Shown: one piece after another, positions 60,655 to 64,000 of the stretch | How the letters are laid out: the number at the start of each line of letters is the position of its first letter | How positions within the stretch are numbered: the first letter of the stretch is position 1 | Assembly (NCBI GenBank): GCA_902519455.1 | Contig: CABYJT010000001.1 | Location: 4,028-68,027 of the forward strand | Length of the DNA: 64,000 nt | Source of the DNA: an uncultured Pelagibacteraceae bacterium | Lineage (GTDB): Bacteria > Pseudomonadota > Alphaproteobacteria > Pelagibacterales > Pelagibacteraceae | Direction of reading: 5' to 3' | Translations under genes and position numbers: made by a program | Notes under the pieces: generated by a model | The model's database searches: none | What the model was told of the DNA's origin: nothing | The model's input: the letters and a program-made list of their open reading frames with translations, nothing else

Positions 60655-61812
60655 ATGAATAAAGTTTTTAAAATTGGCTTAATAGGCTGTGGACATATTG
60701 CTGAAACATATTTTAGAGCAGAAAAGTATTTTAATAATATAAAAATTATTAAATGTGCTGATATTAATTTGAAAGCATCTAAGCGTTGTGCTTTAAATTT
60801 TGGAATAAAATCTGTAACTGTTAATGAGATTCTCAAAGATAAGGAAATAGAAATTATTTTAAACCTTACAATTCCAAAAGCACATTATCAAATATCTAAA
60901 AAAGCTTTAATAAATGGAAAACATGTTTATTCAGAAAAACCATTAGCAATAAATTTAAATGATGGAAAAAAATTGTTAAAAATTTCAAAAAAGAAAAAAT
61001 TATATTTAGGAAACGCTCCTGATACTTTTTTAGGAGGTGGAATTCAAAAATCTAAGGAATTAGTTGAAAAAAATATTATAGGAAATGTAAAATTAGGAAA
61101 TGCAGTTTTTGCATTTCCTGGTATTCAATCCTACCATCCTAATCCTGAACCTTGGTTTACAAAAAAAGAGGGAGGTCCTGTTATCGATATGGGACCATAT
61201 TATATTACTGCTTTAGTAAATCTTTTAGGACCTGCAAAAAAAGTTACAGGCACCATCATTCAAGGGCAAAAATATAGAACTATTGGGATAGGACCAAAAA
61301 AAGGCAAAAAATTTAAGGTAGAATGTCCAACTACTTATTTATCTACAATTACTTTTAAAAGTAACTCCGTTATAAGATTAACATTATCATTTGATGTTAT
61401 AGCTCATCAAAGAAATCATATTGAATTATATGGAGAAAAAGGGTCAATGATAGTTCCAGATCCAAATATGTTCGGTGGATCAGTATTAACTTGCAATAAA
61501 TTAGGCGATAACTGGAGAGAGTTTAAGACTTCAAAAATGCCATTAGGGAGGATTAATATAAGAACACAAAGTTCAAGAGCTAATGAAACACCAACTAATG
61601 CAAACTATCGAGGTGTCGGGTTGTCAGAGATGGCATATTCAATTGAAAATAAAAGAAAACATTTATGTAGTGGTGAAATTTCTCTTCACGTATTAGACAT
61701 TATAACTTCTATTATGAAAGCGGCCAGGTCTGGCAAAATTCAATACATTAATACCTTTTGCGCAAAACCAAAAAAGTTTTCAAAATTAGATATTAAGAAA
61801 TTACTAAAGTAA
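60655..61812 (+). CDS. Gfo/Idh/MocA family oxidoreductase
   Basis: GCGHIA, NLTIP, EKP, APDTFLG, DMGPYY, PDPN. Confidence 0.88.
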   Translation: MNKVFKIGLIGCGHIAETYFRAEKYFNNIKIIKCADINLKASKRCALNFGIKSVTVNEILKDKEIEIILNLTIPKAHYQISKKALINGKHVYSEKPLAINLNDGKKLLKISKKKKLYLGNAPDTFLGGGIQKSKELVEKNIIGNVKLGNAVFAFPGIQSYHPNPEPWFTKKEGGPVIDMGPYYITALVNLLGPAKKVTGTIIQGQKYRTIGIGPKKGKKFKVECPTTYLSTITFKSNSVIRLTLSFDVIAHQRNHIELYGEKGSMIVPDPNMFGGSVLTCNKLGDNWREFKTSKMPLGRINIRTQSSRANETPTNANYRGVGLSEMAYSIENKRKHLCSGEISLHVLDIITSIMKAARSGKIQYINTFCAKPKKFSKLDIKKLLK

Positions 61813-61819
61813 ATATAAA

Positions 61820-62842
61820 ATGAAAAAACATATCGTAATTTCAGATCCATTTCCAAGAACATTAGATTTAATTTTTTCAAAAAAAAAACTTAAAGAATTA
61901 AAATCAAAATATAAGTTAATAACAGCTCCTAAGTTTAATAAAAAAGATTTTTACGAAAAAAATATTCATAAAGCCACTTTTATAATGGGCCAACCAGATC
62001 TTGACAAAAATCTTCTATCGAAAGCCACACAATTGAAATGTATTATAAATGTTGAAAGTAATTTTATGGATAATATTGACTATGAATATTGTTTTAAAAA
62101 AAAAATTGATGTCATAGCTACATCACCTGTATTTTCAAAGCCAGTTGCCGAAATAGCTTTAGGTATGACTTTATCCATATTAAGAAATATTCATAATGCT
62201 CATTTCGATTTTGTAAGAGGAAAAGAAAAATATGGTTTAGAAAGTAATTTAAGTGCTTCTCTTTTAACAAATAAAAAAATTGGATTATTGGGGTTTGGAG
62301 ATTTAGCAAAGGCGCTTTATCCTCTTTTGCTACCCTTTACAAAAAATATAAATGTATATGATCCCTGGGTACCTAACCAAATTATTAAAAAAGCTGGTTT
62401 TAAACCAATTAATCTAAGTAAAATGTTTAGCGATTGTGAGATTATTTATGTGCTAGCAACAATCACAACTAAAAATAAAAATTTAATAGACAAAAAATTA
62501 TTAAATAGAATGAGGTCGAAATCAGTTTTTGTTTTAATGAGTAGAGCAGCAATTGTTAATTTTGAGGATCTTAAAAAAAGAATTAAAAAAGGAGATATCT
62601 ATGTCGCTACGGATGTATTTCCTGAAGAGCCGGTTAATAAAAATGATCCAATTAGAAAACTGAAAAATGTATTGTTTTCAGCTCATAGGGCAGGAGCTTT
62701 AGAACAGGCTTTTTTTGAAATGGGTGAAATTGTTCTAAAAGATATGAGCTTAATTTTAAAAAAAAAGGCACCAAAATTCTGCAAAAGGGCTCGAAGCAAA
62801 ACAGTAAATCTGTTAGCCTCAAAACCTGTTGCAATTAACTGA
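61820..62842 (+). CDS. D-2-hydroxyacid dehydrogenase-like protein
   Basis: VAEIALG, GFGDLA, YDPW, SRA, DVFPEEP, SAHRAG. Confidence 0.85.
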   Translation: MKKHIVISDPFPRTLDLIFSKKKLKELKSKYKLITAPKFNKKDFYEKNIHKATFIMGQPDLDKNLLSKATQLKCIINVESNFMDNIDYEYCFKKKIDVIATSPVFSKPVAEIALGMTLSILRNIHNAHFDFVRGKEKYGLESNLSASLLTNKKIGLLGFGDLAKALYPLLLPFTKNINVYDPWVPNQIIKKAGFKPINLSKMFSDCEIIYVLATITTKNKNLIDKKLLNRMRSKSVFVLMSRAAIVNFEDLKKRIKKGDIYVATDVFPEEPVNKNDPIRKLKNVLFSAHRAGALEQAFFEMGEIVLKDMSLILKKKAPKFCKRARSKTVNLLASKPVAIN

Positions 62843-62864
62843 TTTTTTTATATTTTCATGATTT

Positions 62865-63614
62865 ATGTCATCAATTAATCAACTACTTCTCGAAGCAAAA
62901 AGTGTAACAAAGTACTTTGGAACCATAACGGCTCTTGAAAATGTAAATTTAAAGATACATGCAGGAGAGTGCCTTGGTGTTGTGGGTGATAATGGGGCTG
63001 GAAAAACGACATTAATGAAGGTTTTATCTGGACTTTATAAACCAAGTTCTGGCTCACTATATTTTGATGGTAAAAAAGAGATATTAGAAAGCCCTAAGGA
63101 CTCACAAGAGTTAGGCTTAGAAATGGTCTACCAGGATTTGGCTTTAGCAGGAAATCTTCCTATTGGTGAAAATATTTTTTTGGGACGTGAGCCTACTAAA
63201 AATCTTGGTTTTATTAAGCTGCTAGATTTTAAAAAAATAAAAGAACTTACTGATGCTCATTTAGGTAAGTTAAAAATTAATGTAAAAAGTGCAGATCAAA
63301 AAGTCGAGGAACTTTCGGGTGGTCAAAGACAAGCAGTGGCTATAGCAAGATCTACTGCGTTCAATGCAAAAGTAGTTATTATGGATGAGCCCACAGCTGC
63401 TCTTGCTATTAAGGAAGTTGGAAAAGTTTTAGATTTAATTAATAGCTTAAAAAAAACTGGAGTAGGTGTAATTGTAATCAGCCATAGAATGGATGATATA
63501 TTTGCTGTCTGTGATCGTGTGATGGCTTTATTTCAAGGAACTAATTTTGCTGAATCTGAATTATCAAAAACTTCTAGAGACGAAGTAATTGGTTGGATAA
63601 TGGGAAAAAAATAA
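62865..63614 (+). CDS. Sugar ABC transporter ATP-binding protein (single domain)
   Basis: GDNGAGKT, YQDLAL, LSGGQRQ, MDEPTAAL, SH. Confidence 0.93.
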   Translation: MSSINQLLLEAKSVTKYFGTITALENVNLKIHAGECLGVVGDNGAGKTTLMKVLSGLYKPSSGSLYFDGKKEILESPKDSQELGLEMVYQDLALAGNLPIGENIFLGREPTKNLGFIKLLDFKKIKELTDAHLGKLKINVKSADQKVEELSGGQRQAVAIARSTAFNAKVVIMDEPTAALAIKEVGKVLDLINSLKKTGVGVIVISHRMDDIFAVCDRVMALFQGTNFAESELSKTSRDEVIGWIMGKK

Positions 63615-63616
63615 TT

Positions 63617-64000
63617 ATGGATAATAAAGATCAAGAAAAAGACTCACTATATTTAAAATTAATTCCTTACTTTGATAGATATGGAATTTTATTATTATTA
63701 CTTATAATGATAGTGGTAATGCACTTCTTGCAGCCAGATGTTTTTTTGTCGTGGAGAAATGTAACTAACGTATTTAAACAAATATCTTGGCAATCTATGC
63801 TTGCTCTAGGAGTTTTCATGGTAATTGTAACTGCAGGTATTGACCTTTCAGTTGGTTCTATAATGATGTTGTCATTAATGATATTGGCAATTGTAGCAAA
63901 AGCAGGAGCCCCATGGTTTGTTGTTGCTATGACACCACTTATAGCAGGATTAATATGTGGACTCATAAATGGTCTTGGAATTACTATTTTACGGATGCCC
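63617..64000 (+). CDS. Sugar ABC transporter permease, RbsC type (runs off the window)
   Basis: Manual translation from ATG 63617: MDNKDQEK...NVTNVFKQ...VIVTAGIDLSVGS...CGLINGLG. Confidence 0.9.
   Translation, partial: MDNKDQEKDSLYLKLIPYFDRYGILLLLLIMIVVMHFLQPDVFLSWRNVTNVFKQISWQSMLALGVFMVIVTAGIDLSVGSIMMLSLMILAIVAKAGAPWFVVAMTPLIAGLICGLINGLGITILRMP

Noticed and set aside
2237-63966. Short ORF-track entries nested in or antisense to long genes (e.g. 2237, 4881, 12057, 22955, 24372, 24412, 45367, 55192, 59625, 63667)
   Set aside because: They lie within well-supported genes and have no recognisable motifs; typical shadow frames.
1-64000. CRISPR arrays, tRNA/rRNA genes, IS elements, integrases, prophage or defence genes
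   Set aside because: No repeat-spacer pattern or intergenic space large enough was seen, and nearly all long ORFs have housekeeping or metabolic assignments. Long A/T runs reflect Lys/Phe codons in an AT-rich genome.

Overview
A very AT-rich (roughly 25-30% GC by eye), tightly packed alphaproteobacterial chromosome segment. Gene content, gene order and minimal intergenic DNA point to Pelagibacterales (SAR11); this is inferred, not confirmed by a search. Positions 1 to about 48 kb are core genome: purF, cvpA, an MMPL/RND transporter, dnaB, rplI-rpsR-rpsF, fabD-fabG-acpP, gmk, rsmA-pdxA-surA-lptD-lptG-lptF, pepA, ndk, purN-purM, hdaA, aspS, an orphan NrdJ C-terminal-domain gene, accB-accC, aroQ, thiS-thiG, rne, PBP1A, prfB with a +1 programmed frameshift, an AsmA-like protein, tyrS, anmK, the iscR-suf operon and glnA. 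From about 49.5 kb to the end is an accessory inositol/sugar-acid catabolic region with iolG, iolE, iolD, two further Gfo/Idh/MocA dehydrogenases and a sugar ABC transporter. No iolB, iolC or iolA lies within the window. Between iolE and iolD is a six-gene block that includes a homolog of the mainly eukaryotic C11orf54/PTD012 (DUF1907) zinc enzyme. This block is the best candidate for an undescribed pathway. No rRNA, tRNA, CRISPR array or mobile element was seen.
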